Assembly: GCA_043228905.1 (NCBI GenBank)
Contig: JBHGNT010000001.1
Location: forward strand, 36,394,001 to 36,458,000
DNA length: 64,000 bases
DNA from: Azolla caroliniana
Lineage: Eukaryota; Plantae; Polypodiophyta
Reading direction: 5' to 3'
The position numbers and the translations under genes were made by a program. Below, piece by piece: positions 1 through 11,723 of this stretch. The notes under the pieces are model-generated. The model saw only the letters and a program-made list of their open reading frames with translations. It made no database searches and had not been told where the DNA came from. Position 1 is the stretch's first letter; the number at the start of each line of letters is the position of its first letter.

Positions 1-139
1 TTTTGATGCTTGACATGTTGGTTGATGTGGGTATGAGGGTTATAATTTACTATATGAATTCGTTGTAGCCTTTGGGCATCTTTCCATTAAAACCAAGGTG
101 AATCTTTATTTTTATTTTTATTTAAAAAAAAAAACTTAG

Positions 140-885
140 TCAAGTTAACTTGAACTTAATGATGCTTTGTTTCATAATCTTATTGATGGTTAGAACAATG
201 AAACAAACTGTGGTTAGGTAGAAAATAAACGATGGTGAACTAACTTGATAATATAACCATGGTTTGCTTGTTTTCTATGCATACATTGACAACAATGAAA
301 CAAATAATGGTCTGCATAAGAACAAGCCGCTATCAATCTTAACCATGGTTAGGATGATAAAGCAAACCATGGTTAGGGTAGAAAATAAACCATAACCAAC
401 CTAACTTGTTAGCACAACCATGATTTGTTTATTTTCTATGCAAATCTTGACCTTGGTTACAATAAAACATAAAACAATATTGTCATGGTTACAATAGAAC
501 ATAAACCACAGTCAACCTATCTTGCTAGTTTAACCATGGTTAGCTTTATGAGAAAATCTTGACCATGGGTAGAAAACCGTCCACTACCATGGTTAGCTAG
601 GAAAAAACAAGCATGGCCAAACCTAAGTTCATAGCTCAACCATAGTTACGATTATAAACAAGTTAACAACCATGGTTAATCTAAACTTGCTTGCATAACT
701 ATGGTTAAAACGATGACCAAACCATGGTCAGCATTGTGATTAAGTAGAAAATTATGGTTAGCATTGTGATTAAGTAGAAAAGTATGGTTAGCATTGTGAT
801 TAAGTAGAAAACTAATTGTGGTTAACCTGAATTGCTAACTTAACCTTGGTTTGTTGATTAAGCAAATCTTAACCATGGTTAAGTT
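140..885. repeat. Degenerate repeat array built on the palindrome AACCATGGTT; includes a 30-bp unit x3 at 724-811
   Basis: AACCATGGTT and close variants recur many times, often next to AACTTG/TAGAAAA motifs. ATGGTTAGCATTGTGATTAAGTAGAAAA is repeated three times at 30-bp spacing. Confidence 0.8.
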
Positions 886-1268
886 AAGAAGTTAGGGTTT
901 GAATCATACAGCAAACACATACATGATACAAGCAAACATGTTCACATACATACATGCATGCATACATACATACATCAATACATCCATAGAGAGAAACAGA
1001 ACAGCTGATGATGGCATTGTTTCTTGTACCCTTTGAACCTTAAAACAGCACAGAGAAGCAGAGAGAATTAACCCTAATTTCACACAGGGTTCTGCACAAA
1101 GCAAATGTTCTTCACTGACACTTCATGGAATAGCAGGTGGGTGTTATAATTGTTGCTGTGGACATAGAAAAAGAAACGCAGGCAGAGAGAGAGAGGGAGA
1201 AAGAGAGGGAGAGAGGGGAGAGAGGGAGGGAGATACAAAGAGATGGACAATAAAGAAGAAGGAACAAG

Positions 1269-1460
1269 GTGAGTCTTTCTGCTCTTGTCCCCTTTTTCTC
1301 TAGATCTGATCCCTTTAGGGTTTCCATCGCGTTTTTCATTTTAGTGGTTTTTGTTATTCAGAGATGAAAATGAAACATAAAATTTCTCAAGTTTTTGAGA
1401 GCCTCTGTTTTCATGGCACCGATTAAACCCATTTCTCTGTAATTGGCTCTTTTGTTTCAG
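1269..1460 (+). other. Probable 5' UTR intron of the DnaJ gene
   Basis: AAG|GTGAGT donor at 1269 and pyrimidine-rich TTGTTTCAG acceptor at 1460, downstream of a GA-rich leader. Confidence 0.6.
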
Positions 1461-1936
1461 GCATTTTTATACCCTTGAAAAAGTGATCCAACAGAGATGA
1501 AGAAAGAAGGAGATGAAGAATCAGAAGAAGAAACATTAGTCTGTTGGATTGTAACTGGGAAGAAGATCATTGAGCCTGAGAAGCCACAGCAAAGAAGCTT
1601 ACTTGAAGACAAAGAAGAATTAGAGAAAAGGAATAAGCAGAAGAAATAGAAGATTAGAAATGATTGTAAAAGAGAAGAACTAATAGTGTAATGGAGTATA
1701 TTATGGAATAAGCTCTTCAAACCCTAGAGATTGCTGAGAAGAAGCTAAGAAGAACAGCAGTAATAGTATTATAACAAAGTATAATAGAGAGTAATTTCCT
1801 TGAGCAAGAGAGATCATAAAGAAAAGCCTTGGTTGTAGTAGAAGAAAAGTGTATAATCATGGAGGTTAAAAAGGAAGAAACAAAGCTTGTTTGAAGAAAG
1901 CAGAGAAGAAGGCTTTGAAGAAGAAAGAGTCTTGTA

Positions 1937-4900
1937 ATGGAGTGTAATAGAGAAGAAGCTCTTCGAGCAAAAGAGATAGCAGAGAAGAAATTATCCTTAC
2001 AAGATTACAGTGGAGCTCTCAAATTGCTTCAAAAAGCCATACAAATCTATCCCGGTCTTGAAAACACAGCCCAAATGTCAGCTGTTTTGGATGTCCATAT
2101 TGCAGCTCAAACCAAGATCAACGGGTGTGAAACTGATTGGTATGGAATCTTACAGGTTGGGGATACTCGTGCTGAAGAGATAATGATAAAGAAACAGTAT
2201 AAGAAACTCGCCTTGCTTCTTCACCCTGACAAAAATAAACTTCCTGGGGCAGAAGCTGCCTTTAAGCTCATTGGGGAAGCTCTACAAATACTCTCAGATA
2301 AGCAACAGCGAGCTATACATGATTCTAGAAGAAAGCAAATGGTAAGTAAAAGCACCGTGAATAGAAGCCAAAATAGAGGTCAAACTACTAATAAGGCAAA
2401 AAACCCCTCCGCGGCTTCAGTTTCAGCTTCTCTCACATTCATGACTATTTGTCCTGCTTGCCACACTCGATATCAATATTACCGAGTTTACGAGAATCAA
2501 AACCTTCTATGTCATCAATGCCGAACCCCTTTTGTGGCTAGAGAGTTTTACTCTGGGCCAAACATCAACAATGCATTTCCATGGCAACAACAATTCACGC
2601 AACAGCAGCAACAACAAAGGTTTAATGGATCCACTCCAAGTGTATCAAGTACGACTGTTGACTATGTCACTCAGATGATGAAAGAACGGCAATATATGGA
2701 TGCAAACCTAAGTGTTAAAAGGAAGCGGGAGGATGAAGAGAGAGAGATGAGGAGAATCGAGAAAGAACGACAAAAAAAAGCTAAGGCAGATCAAAAGGCT
2801 CAAGAAGCTATAGAAAGGATGATGAGGAAGAAAAGAGAGCAAGAAGAGAAGGCTGCAGCGGCTAAAGATAAGAAAAAAAGGAAAAGAAAACGTGTATCGG
2901 GGAGCAGTAGTGAAGAAGATGATGTAACTGAAGAGTCTTTAGATGGTCTATCTGATGAAGAAGTAATCAATCACGTGGTTGATTCAGGAGCTGCACCGAG
3001 AAGATCAGCTAGGCCTCGAAGAAATGTTACATACAAAATTGATGTTAGTGATGATGATGAAGATCCTTCTGCCAATGCTAAAGAAGAGATTAAACAAAAT
3101 GAAGGAGAGAAGAAGAATGAAGATGATGCTCAAACTGGGGATTCAGTTGATATGCAAGAGAAACAGAAGCTTGCTGATTTTTTCAAGGTCCGCATAAGAT
3201 TGAGTCTCAACCTACAAAATGCAAATAATGCTAATGCTACTGCTAACGTTAGCGCAAATGTGAATGGGAGAGCAACAAGCTCAAGTGTGGATACCAAAGT
3301 ATCTAAATCTGCTGATGGTGTTAAGGAGAGCGGAAAAGTTTCCTCAGAGGATTATTCAGCACTTTTAGGGAAGGATAAGGATTCTGTAACGGTCAAGAAT
3401 GCATGGAATGAAAAGTCAAAATCTCTGTTAGAGGATCACTCTGCTTTCCAAGAAAAGGATAATGATATGCTAAGGGGGAAGAATGTTTTGAAGGAGAAGT
3501 CTAAATCTCCTTCTGACAATTACAGAGTTTTTGAAGAAAAAGATAAGGATTTGATAAGGGCAGAAAATATACTAAAGGTGAAGTCTAAATCTCTTTCAGA
3601 AGAACACTCTGCTTTTGAAGAAAAGGATTTGGGAAATTTGAAGTTGAAGTCTAAATCTCCTTCAAAGGACTGTTCTCCTTTGGAAGAAAATGATTCGGGA
3701 AGGGAGAAGCTGAAGTCTAAATTTCCTTCAACGGATTACTCTGCTTTTGAAGAAAAGGATAAGGATTTAGGAACGGAAAAGAGTGGTATGAGGTTGAAGC
3801 CTTTTGAAGGAAAAGAAAGAACTTCTATGAACTTGAAGTCAAAATCCCCTTCAAAAGATTATTTTTCTTTTGAAGAAAAGGATTCTGGATGTGGGAAGAA
3901 TCCTGTCAAACTGAGGTCTAAATCTTCTTCAAAGGGGTACTCTGCATTTGAAACAGAAGATTCAGGAGGGGGGAGTTTGAAGTCTAAATCTCCTTCAAAT
4001 GATCACTCTCCTATTGAAGAAAGAGATTACAGAATGGAGAAGAATACGAAGAAGTTAAAATCTAAATCTCCCTTAAAGGATTGTTCTTCTTTTGAAGAAA
4101 CTGATTCAGGAATGAGGAAGAGTACTGTTACATTAAAGTCTAAATCTTCCCCTGAAGAAAAAGATTATGGAAAGGGGAAGAATGTTGTGAAGGAACAGAC
4201 TAATTGTCTTTCAAAGGATCATTCTCCTTATGAAGAAGAGGAATATGGAAAAGGGAAGAATTCAACGAAGGATAACTCGAAATCTCATTCAGAAGATTAC
4301 TTTGCCCTTGAAAAGGATCCAGAAAGGTGGAAGAAAAATCAGTCAAAGCCGAAATTCCAGGAAAAATCAAACAAAGTTGAAATTTTGGATGTGGAAAGTG
4401 ATGAACCAGAAGAAAAAGAGTCAGAACAAGAAACAGACCAAGAGTCTGAAACAGAATATGAAATTGAGGAGTCCAAGAAGAAGACATTCCACGATTTCAA
4501 GAAGGAAAGAGTGGAAAAGGATGTAATGTCTGGCCAAATATGGGCAGCCTACGATGACATTGAAAGCCTACCAAGATACTATTTTAAAGTGAAAGAAATA
4601 CACTCTCGGGATCCTTTTAAGGCCAACATCACATGGCTTGATCTAAGAAATATGAGTGTAGAACAAAGGGCACTGAAGGAGCGTGGTTATCATCCAGTGT
4701 GTGGAGCTAACTTTCGAGGCTCCTCTTCTCAAATTGTCAACTCAGTTGATATCTTTTCGCATGTTATTAACTGGGAGAAGGGTCCTAAAGGGACGATTAA
4801 GATCTACCCAACAAAAGGAGAGGTTTGGGCAATATATAGGGGCCGCAAATCGGGTATTCTTTCAAAGAGAAAGTCATCATCTTTTATGTATGATATAGTA

Positions 4901-5128
4901 GAAATAGTGGGCAGTTATGATGAGCAAACAGGGGTGACAATTGCTTATCTAGTGAAATTGTTTCATTATAAATCTGTGTTCAAGTCCTCCAAAGTCATAT
5001 CTAGTATACCGGCAGAGGAGTTTTACAGTTTTTCTTACCAAGTTCCGGCACATAGGCTGAAAGGAAACGAAGCCCCAGGTATCGAGGAGGGGTTTTGGGA
5101 GCTCGATCCGGCTTCACTTCCGAGATAA
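1937..5128 (+). CDS. DnaJ-domain protein with zinc-ribbon and C-terminal DUF3444-type domain (1063 aa, intronless CDS)
   Basis: N-terminus MECNREEALRAKEIAEKK; J-domain DWYGILQV...LALLLHPDKNK; CPAC...CHQC zinc ribbon; C-terminal GQIWAAYDD..LPRYY, IYPTKGEVWAIY and FWELDPASLP. Confidence 0.95.
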   Translation: MECNREEALRAKEIAEKKLSLQDYSGALKLLQKAIQIYPGLENTAQMSAVLDVHIAAQTKINGCETDWYGILQVGDTRAEEIMIKKQYKKLALLLHPDKNKLPGAEAAFKLIGEALQILSDKQQRAIHDSRRKQMVSKSTVNRSQNRGQTTNKAKNPSAASVSASLTFMTICPACHTRYQYYRVYENQNLLCHQCRTPFVAREFYSGPNINNAFPWQQQFTQQQQQQRFNGSTPSVSSTTVDYVTQMMKERQYMDANLSVKRKREDEEREMRRIEKERQKKAKADQKAQEAIERMMRKKREQEEKAAAAKDKKKRKRKRVSGSSSEEDDVTEESLDGLSDEEVINHVVDSGAAPRRSARPRRNVTYKIDVSDDDEDPSANAKEEIKQNEGEKKNEDDAQTGDSVDMQEKQKLADFFKVRIRLSLNLQNANNANATANVSANVNGRATSSSVDTKVSKSADGVKESGKVSSEDYSALLGKDKDSVTVKNAWNEKSKSLLEDHSAFQEKDNDMLRGKNVLKEKSKSPSDNYRVFEEKDKDLIRAENILKVKSKSLSEEHSAFEEKDLGNLKLKSKSPSKDCSPLEENDSGREKLKSKFPSTDYSAFEEKDKDLGTEKSGMRLKPFEGKERTSMNLKSKSPSKDYFSFEEKDSGCGKNPVKLRSKSSSKGYSAFETEDSGGGSLKSKSPSNDHSPIEERDYRMEKNTKKLKSKSPLKDCSSFEETDSGMRKSTVTLKSKSSPEEKDYGKGKNVVKEQTNCLSKDHSPYEEEEYGKGKNSTKDNSKSHSEDYFALEKDPERWKKNQSKPKFQEKSNKVEILDVESDEPEEKESEQETDQESETEYEIEESKKKTFHDFKKERVEKDVMSGQIWAAYDDIESLPRYYFKVKEIHSRDPFKANITWLDLRNMSVEQRALKERGYHPVCGANFRGSSSQIVNSVDIFSHVINWEKGPKGTIKIYPTKGEVWAIYRGRKSGILSKRKSSSFMYDIVEIVGSYDEQTGVTIAYLVKLFHYKSVFKSSKVISSIPAEEFYSFSYQVPAHRLKGNEAPGIEEGFWELDPASLPR
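3330..4320 (+). repeat. Coding tandem repeat inside the DnaJ gene (unit approx. KSKSPSxDYSxFEEKD plus linker)
   Basis: About a dozen degenerate copies of AAGTCTAAATCTCCTTCA...TTTGAAGAAAAGGAT, all in frame. Confidence 0.85.
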
Positions 5129-7812
5129 AGAGTTCTTTTATTTTCCTCACAATTCAGATGTAAAATCAAAGAGATGTAATCCATCCACATAATGGGTTGG
5201 TTAGAATCTTCAATGTATATTAGTGTTTTGGGCTAAAACAAAACAGTTTTTTTATGTAAATATGCACTTCGGGAAGGTGAGATTGAGGCTGACATTCATT
5301 GATTAACTGTTGCCTGCAATAGAGGTCAATCTTGAGTGCATATGGAAAAACAAAAAAACACATTGATATGGGAGCCCATGATATTATTGATTCTGCTTTC
5401 AATATGAGGTGTGCAAAAATATCCATGTTGAGGTTACAAACTCTTTGAAAGAATGATCTTTCTTGTGGTGTAAAAATCGAGTTTTTATGGTCTTTCTTGT
5501 GGTGTAAAAATCAGTATGCTGGATTGGGCTGCATGTCTTTTAAGGAATGTGGAAATCAACTTTAGAGGTAGAAAAGATGATTGTTTCTAATGCAGTAAAG
5601 TATTGCAAAATGCTTTATTATGTAAAATATCTAATGGAATGTTAGAAACACCCGACCACACTTTTTTAACTTAAAACCTTTTAATGTTATATATATATAT
5701 ATATATCACATAGTTGAGGCTATCTTCGGTGTACAAAGATAATGAGGTCACATCATTTTATGTTTTCATAGTAACCATTTTGTTTATTGGAAATGTTATA
5801 ACATTGTAATTTTATAAAATTTGAGATCAGCTCAATTGGCATTGTTGTCTGTAGTACAAACTCCTCATATATGCCATTATTAATGAGTGATTCTCTTCCA
5901 GTATAAACATTTGTAATTGAAAAGAAAAGAATAATAGGTATGTCAATGTTAACCGAAATGCTTGCAATCAAGTCAACTACATATTATGTCAAATTAAACC
6001 TAGTTAATTACATGATTAGTTAATTAATTTGAGGATGTGTAATCATACTAGAGAGCAACACTTCTATGTTCTAGCTTTGGTTCATTCCAATTTTCCTTTC
6101 CACACCTTTCTAAAGATGGGCTTGTGTTACTAAATCTCATGCACTTCAACAACATGAACTGCAACAAAAACACGTGGTCCAACCAAGGAAAGAGTAAACA
6201 CAATTCTTAGTTCCCATTCTAGTTAGGAAGCATCTTGAGGTCTTGAGTTTGTACATACGCTGGAAAGAATGTGTACATTACACATTAGGGCATGGTTCCA
6301 CATCAAGAAAAACATCTAGTGGTTTTAAAATTAAGTTGGACTTTCATTGAAGATTTCAGTACCTACTATTGTAGTTGTAGTCATACTTGGCATCCAAAAC
6401 TATTGTGCTCATGGAGTTTGGGAACTCAACTTAAGGAACCTTATTCCAGAAATTGTGTTATTACTCAATATACATCTTAAGCATTTGTTTCCACAACAAG
6501 AGGTATACTTGTTAGTTGTACAACTTACTGAATACAAATGGTTTAGTTTTTGAACAATGAACTCGGGGATAATAAATGGAGGTCTATGATTCATGTATGC
6601 AATGTATGTCTGATGTTAAATATTGCAAATACCTTATATTAAGTGCTAACGTAAACCACTTTCTCAACCAATAGAAGTTCGAACTAATTTGTATTCAGTG
6701 AACTAATCTCTAATATACACATTAATGCAAACCAAAAACATTCTAAATACAAGCATGATAAAGACCTTAACATACCAAAGGTGCAATATTCTAATATCTA
6801 CCAAAACCACAATGTTCAGATCCTACCTTAACCAAAACTAAAAAAACTCGTGTCCATGAAAAATACAAACTGCATTTCAAACAATGCCATATTTGACCCC
6901 ATTAGCATGCATGTCTAAATTTATGCATAAAGCTAGTATGTTTAATCAGACAATATAAAATATTTGAAGTAGTCGCTATAGAGAATATTTAACTACATAC
7001 CATTCTGGAACAACCCTTCATAATTGCTTCATGCTCAAAAATCTTGCCAGTTGATGATATCAATGATTAAAAAATACAAATTATTGGAACTTCAACAAAA
7101 AGTAAATTTATAAACTATATTATGGATTCTAGATGCTTCCACGGTCATCATAAGAGAAAATAATCAAATAATTATATAAATTTTACAGGTCAACCGATGA
7201 CAGAGAAGTCCGACTATATGTACAAAAAAGAGGAGAGGTTATTGGTCTAGAAGATTGTCTTAGCCAACTTGTTCCATGACAAGCAGCAGAGTTCAGACAT
7301 CTATTTCTCTTCCTCGCCCATGACAAATCCATCACAACCAAGATGTACTACTTAAATGGAATAATCAACTTCTTTTTGAAACCACAAAGAACCAAAAATT
7401 GATGTATGATTGATCATTTATACTACAAAACATTCAAGGATGGAAGCCAGTAACAATACAACTTCATATGGAATCTTCAGGAATATAAAACTTGATACAT
7501 GTTATCCTTTATACTTCAACACATTCAAGGTTGGAAAAACATGAAAACCATACAAATTCATGGGAAGCATTTTGTTGCAATGGCATTTTCCAAATGTTTA
7601 AAATGAAGAAAACTCACAGAAATAGGCTCAAAAGGATTTTAGTTTTACAGGTTTTCCAAATAAGGATTTAGCTTTCTTAGTTTGAGAGGCTGTATTCTGA
7701 AATATATCAATCTGCAACAATTCCGAAGTCACAAAAACCTCATTAGAAAACCAGCCTCTCATAACTTTTTTTTGTACATCATACGAGGCCACATCTAAGC
7801 TTTAACCTCCAC

Positions 7813-7889
7813 CTTTTGGAAATATACATGAGTTGATCTTTTGGAAATATATATGAGTTGATCTTTTGGAAACATATATGAGTTTATCT
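7813..7889. repeat. 25-bp tandem repeat x3
   Basis: CTTTTGGAAATATACATGAGTTGAT and two variants head-to-tail. Confidence 0.9.
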
Positions 7890-7957
7890 GTGTAGTTATG
7901 TTGGTGTACTCATAAACCCCAGCAATAAATCACTACCAACGTTGTTGTGTTGGCACT

Positions 7958-9280
7958 TCAGCCATCTAGTTCTTTTCTTGCAAACTTGTATTCAGGATAG
8001 TAACTAGCAATGACTATATTGCCAGCAAACTTCCTCTGATGTAGAGAATTCTTAGCTTTGCTTGACCCATAAGTATTTGAATACTCAACAAAAGCCTGGC
8101 ATATTAATGCAATATCAAATAACCAGAACACAAATAAGTGTTTTAATCAAAAAAATTGAGTGCAATGCCATAAAAAATACAGCCTACTTTCTTGGATATT
8201 CACCCTAATAGGCATGTGTTTCCTAAATATACCATCTCTAGTGTAAGAGGGGTATTCTAATAACTTTTGAAAATTTAGAATATTGTCATAAACATATAAC
8301 AAGGTATGTGTTTCCCCTTAACATTATTCTACGACAAAAGTACCTTCCCAAGTCCAGGAACATGCCCTCCAGTTGACAGTTGACAGTTGACAGTTGACAG
8401 TTAACAAGGTCAAAACCACAAAGGCCTACATGAAAAAGAAAACTTTGATATTCTTTCAGAAAATAAATTCTACCGACATTTTAAGATAAAATTGAGAAAG
8501 GTGATCAAATAAGTGAAATATACCCAAATGATTCCAGTAATTCTCTTATCTGGGCTTCAGTTAGATAATAAGGAAGTCCACCAACAAAGACTTTATCGGG
8601 TCCATCTGCACTACTACATGTACTGCATGCACCAAATAATTAAGCAAAAACCATGCAAGAATACAATGAATTATAATGTTCAGTCTCCTCAAAAGTTACC
8701 CAGCTGTCAGCCCAACAGCAGCAAGATTATCGTCACTTGGACCCAATGTGGCAGCAATTATAGTCACTTGGCCTTTGGACTCTTACCGTCTGACACTGAA
8801 CCAGAAAAACAAAAATAATTCAAACAAAATAATTGAATTGGCATTCACCATTTCATTCCACTTCACGTCAATTACCTCAAATACTATGCCATCCAATGAC
8901 ATGGCATTACTTGCTTCCTCTACAGTACGCATCTCCACAAATGCAAATTTCTTCTCATGGTTAATATAAACATTAACAACTGCATCACCTGGAACAATGT
9001 ATTGGCAAACAAAATCAGCTATATTACAAGCACAGAAAAGTGATATTTTGCCTGTACATGGCTAGAGTAATACCTGGCCCAGCAGAATTTCGACCAATTG
9101 CAGCCATCACTTAGCTGAAAAATGTTGCTATAGTCTACAGATGAAACAGGTAGTACACATCCCTTAAGCCTTCATGCCCCAAATAGAAATTAAGTCAAGA
9201 TTAAACACAGAGTCAAAAAAACTACCTGTTCATTGGCAAACGCAGACAAGCCTCCTACATAAACCCGTTGAGCATGCCTT
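7958..9280 (-). pseudogene. U2AF65: U2AF large subunit (U2AF65) partial, intron-containing pseudogene
   Basis: Exon-like blocks, mostly GT-AG bounded: 9280-9226 RHAQRVYVGGLSAFANEQ; 9134-9074 TIATFFS*VMAAIGRNSAGP (TAA at 9113-9111); 8988-8876 DAVVNVYINHEKKFAFVEMRTVEEASNAMSLDGIVFE; 8795-8700 (with deletions); 8622-8524 DGPDKVFVGGLPYYLTEAQIRELLESFG; 8425-8344 fused GFDLV/HVPGLGK; 8095-7958 AFVEYS...RKFAGNIVIASYYPEYKFARKELDG*. No RS-domain exons are seen. Confidence 0.92.
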
Positions 9281-9583
9281 CAGCAGCACAGAAAGTATTG
9301 GATCTTCAACACAACTTTATTTCACAGAACATCTCTACTTGATTTTCAACAATCAATTGAGAAAGATGATTTACAACGCTACAATCTAGAAAGTGTCCTA
9401 ACAATTTTGCAATAACAAAAAGAAGAGATTTTCGGACAATATCACAAGTCCATCCTTTTCATCCCAATGTGCATGAGAACCTCAAAGGCACAAAGCCCCA
9501 CCCAAAGACGAGACAGTGCAATTGCAAACTGAACTGGACAGCATATGCACAAAAGAAGCTGATACAAATCTGTAAAGAAAACC

Positions 9584-9843
9584 ACAGAAAATATGTACTA
9601 GATGTGCAAGACTTGAAGGCATCACTTTCTCTTCGTTCAATGACTGAATTGTCCAACGGCTGTTAATTTTTTCAGGCACTGCTGTTGTATTCCTATATAA
9701 TAATCAGCCTACAGAAATATGTATTAGATGTGTAAGACTTGAAAGCATCACTTTCTCTTCATTTTCATTCAATGACTCAATTGTCCGATGGCTGTCAATT
9801 TTTTTCAGACACTGCTGTTGTATTCCTATATAATAATCTGCCT
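9584..9843. repeat. Approx. 130-bp diverged tandem duplication
   Basis: ACAGAAA(A)TATGTA...TATTCCTATATAATAATC(A/T)GCCT occurs twice, at about 9584-9710 and 9711-9843. Confidence 0.9.
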
Positions 9844-10133
9844 AAACTGTTTCTGTTGTGGCGCTTCCCGGATTCTCCTTTTCTGATTCCACATTGCACA
9901 TCTGTTCTGCCCTTTTCAGTTATGCCTGTTGAGCCCTTTGGATTTTTGTTGGACTCTCAGTGTCCAATCATGAACCTCCACACCCAAACCTCCAGCCCCT
10001 TATGGAATACACTCTTGTGTAAACGTCCTACACTCCAAGCTAATGCACCGAGACAAGCAGCCCATTAAGGAATTCACCTAGCGTATCAGTCTATGAACGA
10101 GTTTCACTAAATCCAACAATATACATTGATTCT

Positions 10134-10426
10134 TGTTAACAACACATGAGTGACATGGTTATCATGCATCACATGTAATGCATGCGCGCCAAATGGCAAA
10201 CATGCATGTCTTGCACCCTCACATGCATCATATGCATGGGGGCATCTATAAAAGAGTGGAGGAAAAAGAAAAACGGGAATCAATCAATTGATCAAGCAAG
10301 TTATGTAATGAATCAAGAAAAGAATAATAATAATAAACTAGTTATCCTTTTGGTGATGTATCTTGTCCCTCAAAAATTGAAGTCAAGGATTCAAAATCTC
10401 GCTCTTAATCTGTTTCTAAATTAGAA

Positions 10427-10457
<31 letters not shown>

Positions 10458-10576
10458 CTATCTTAAATACTTTCTCACTAAAGCTAGTACAACCTTCGAA
10501 TCCTTCCGGTCCAGGACCTCGGTGGTCCCGCTTCATTTCGCAAACACGTGAGGATTTCCTCGACAACGTGACAACA
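10134..10576 (+). mobile_element. Possible solo LTR (about 443 bp)
   Basis: Starts TGTT and ends AACA; contains a TATA-like CTATAAAAG, a CT tract and a GC-rich U5-like end. Flanks (ATTCT/TTTCA) do not give a clean TSD. Confidence 0.5.
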
Positions 10577-11723
10577 TTTCAAGAGCTTTATTTGACCATA
10601 GGAGCAAAGGAAGATAATAAGATACCATAAAGACCATAATCGATTGGACCACCTTAAGTCGTACATGAAAAGGCCAAAATTGACACCTCCAATACATAAA
10701 CTTATCCTCCAACCTTTTGGATACCCACTTAATAAGTTTCACATAAAAAACTTCCACATCAATTGGATATCCAAAGTGACGACAAATCATACCACGATGT
10801 ACTATCCTTCTTGACCACCTCAACCCTAACACATCTTATTTTGTCCATAAAATGAGGACAAATTTATGCATATTAATTCTCAACCCTTAAGTATTTGAAA
10901 ACAATTCCCACACATTTCTTGTCTTACTAATATTTTCCTGATTAGGTGCCAAAAACATAATATGGTCATTTGTGAGAGGTTGAACAATACATGGCTTCCC
11001 TGATGGCAACCTTAGTCCAAGCAATTCTTCCTCCATAGCCATATTGTGTAACTTAACAAGAATAGGATGTCTCACAATAATGAATAGTAAAGGACTTACC
11101 GGGCACCCTTGTCTAATTGACCTCCGAATAGAAATCGGTTGTGTTACTCCTCCATTAAACATCACATGTGAAAACGAAACATCCCCTAATGTGTATATCA
11201 ACTTAGACATACGATCATCAAAACCCATATGAGACATCAACTAATTTATAAATGACCAATCCACATTATCATAGGATTTCTTGATATCCAATTGTAGCAA
11301 CAATAATTCTTGTTTAGACTCCTTTGCATAGTCAATTTCCATTTGAACATTTAAAATATTATGTAAAATGTCTCTTTTTGCGAAGAACCCATGTTGAGCA
11401 TTATCAATAATAGAAGGTAAAACCTTATGCAACCTATTGGCCATCATTTTTGCAAAAATCTTGTACATTCCCCCCATCAATGAAATAGGCCTCCATTGAG
11501 CAAAGGAAGATGGAGAAGACACCTTCGGCACAAGCTTTATCAAACCAATCTTCCAAGAATGGCAAATTTCCCCTAATGTCCACACCTTCTGAAATAAAAC
11601 CGTAAAATGCCCCTTTAACTTAATCACATATTTCTTAAAGAGTTCATGTGTTAATCCATCCCACCCATAACTCTTATCATTAACAAGATGTGACATGACA
11701 TGTTCCACCTCATCCTCTGAAAT
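10577..11723 (-). mobile_element. L1-clade LINE, reverse-transcriptase segment (degenerate), inverted relative to its 3' part
   Basis: DKSYGWDGLT, WRPISLMGGMYKIFAK, LQLDIKKSYDNVDW, RSIRQGCPVSPLLF and HFGYP motifs, with stops and frameshifts. Confidence 0.9.

Noticed and set aside
724-811. 30-bp repeats as a CRISPR array
   Set aside because: Head-to-tail units with no unique spacers, no cas genes, and a eukaryotic context.
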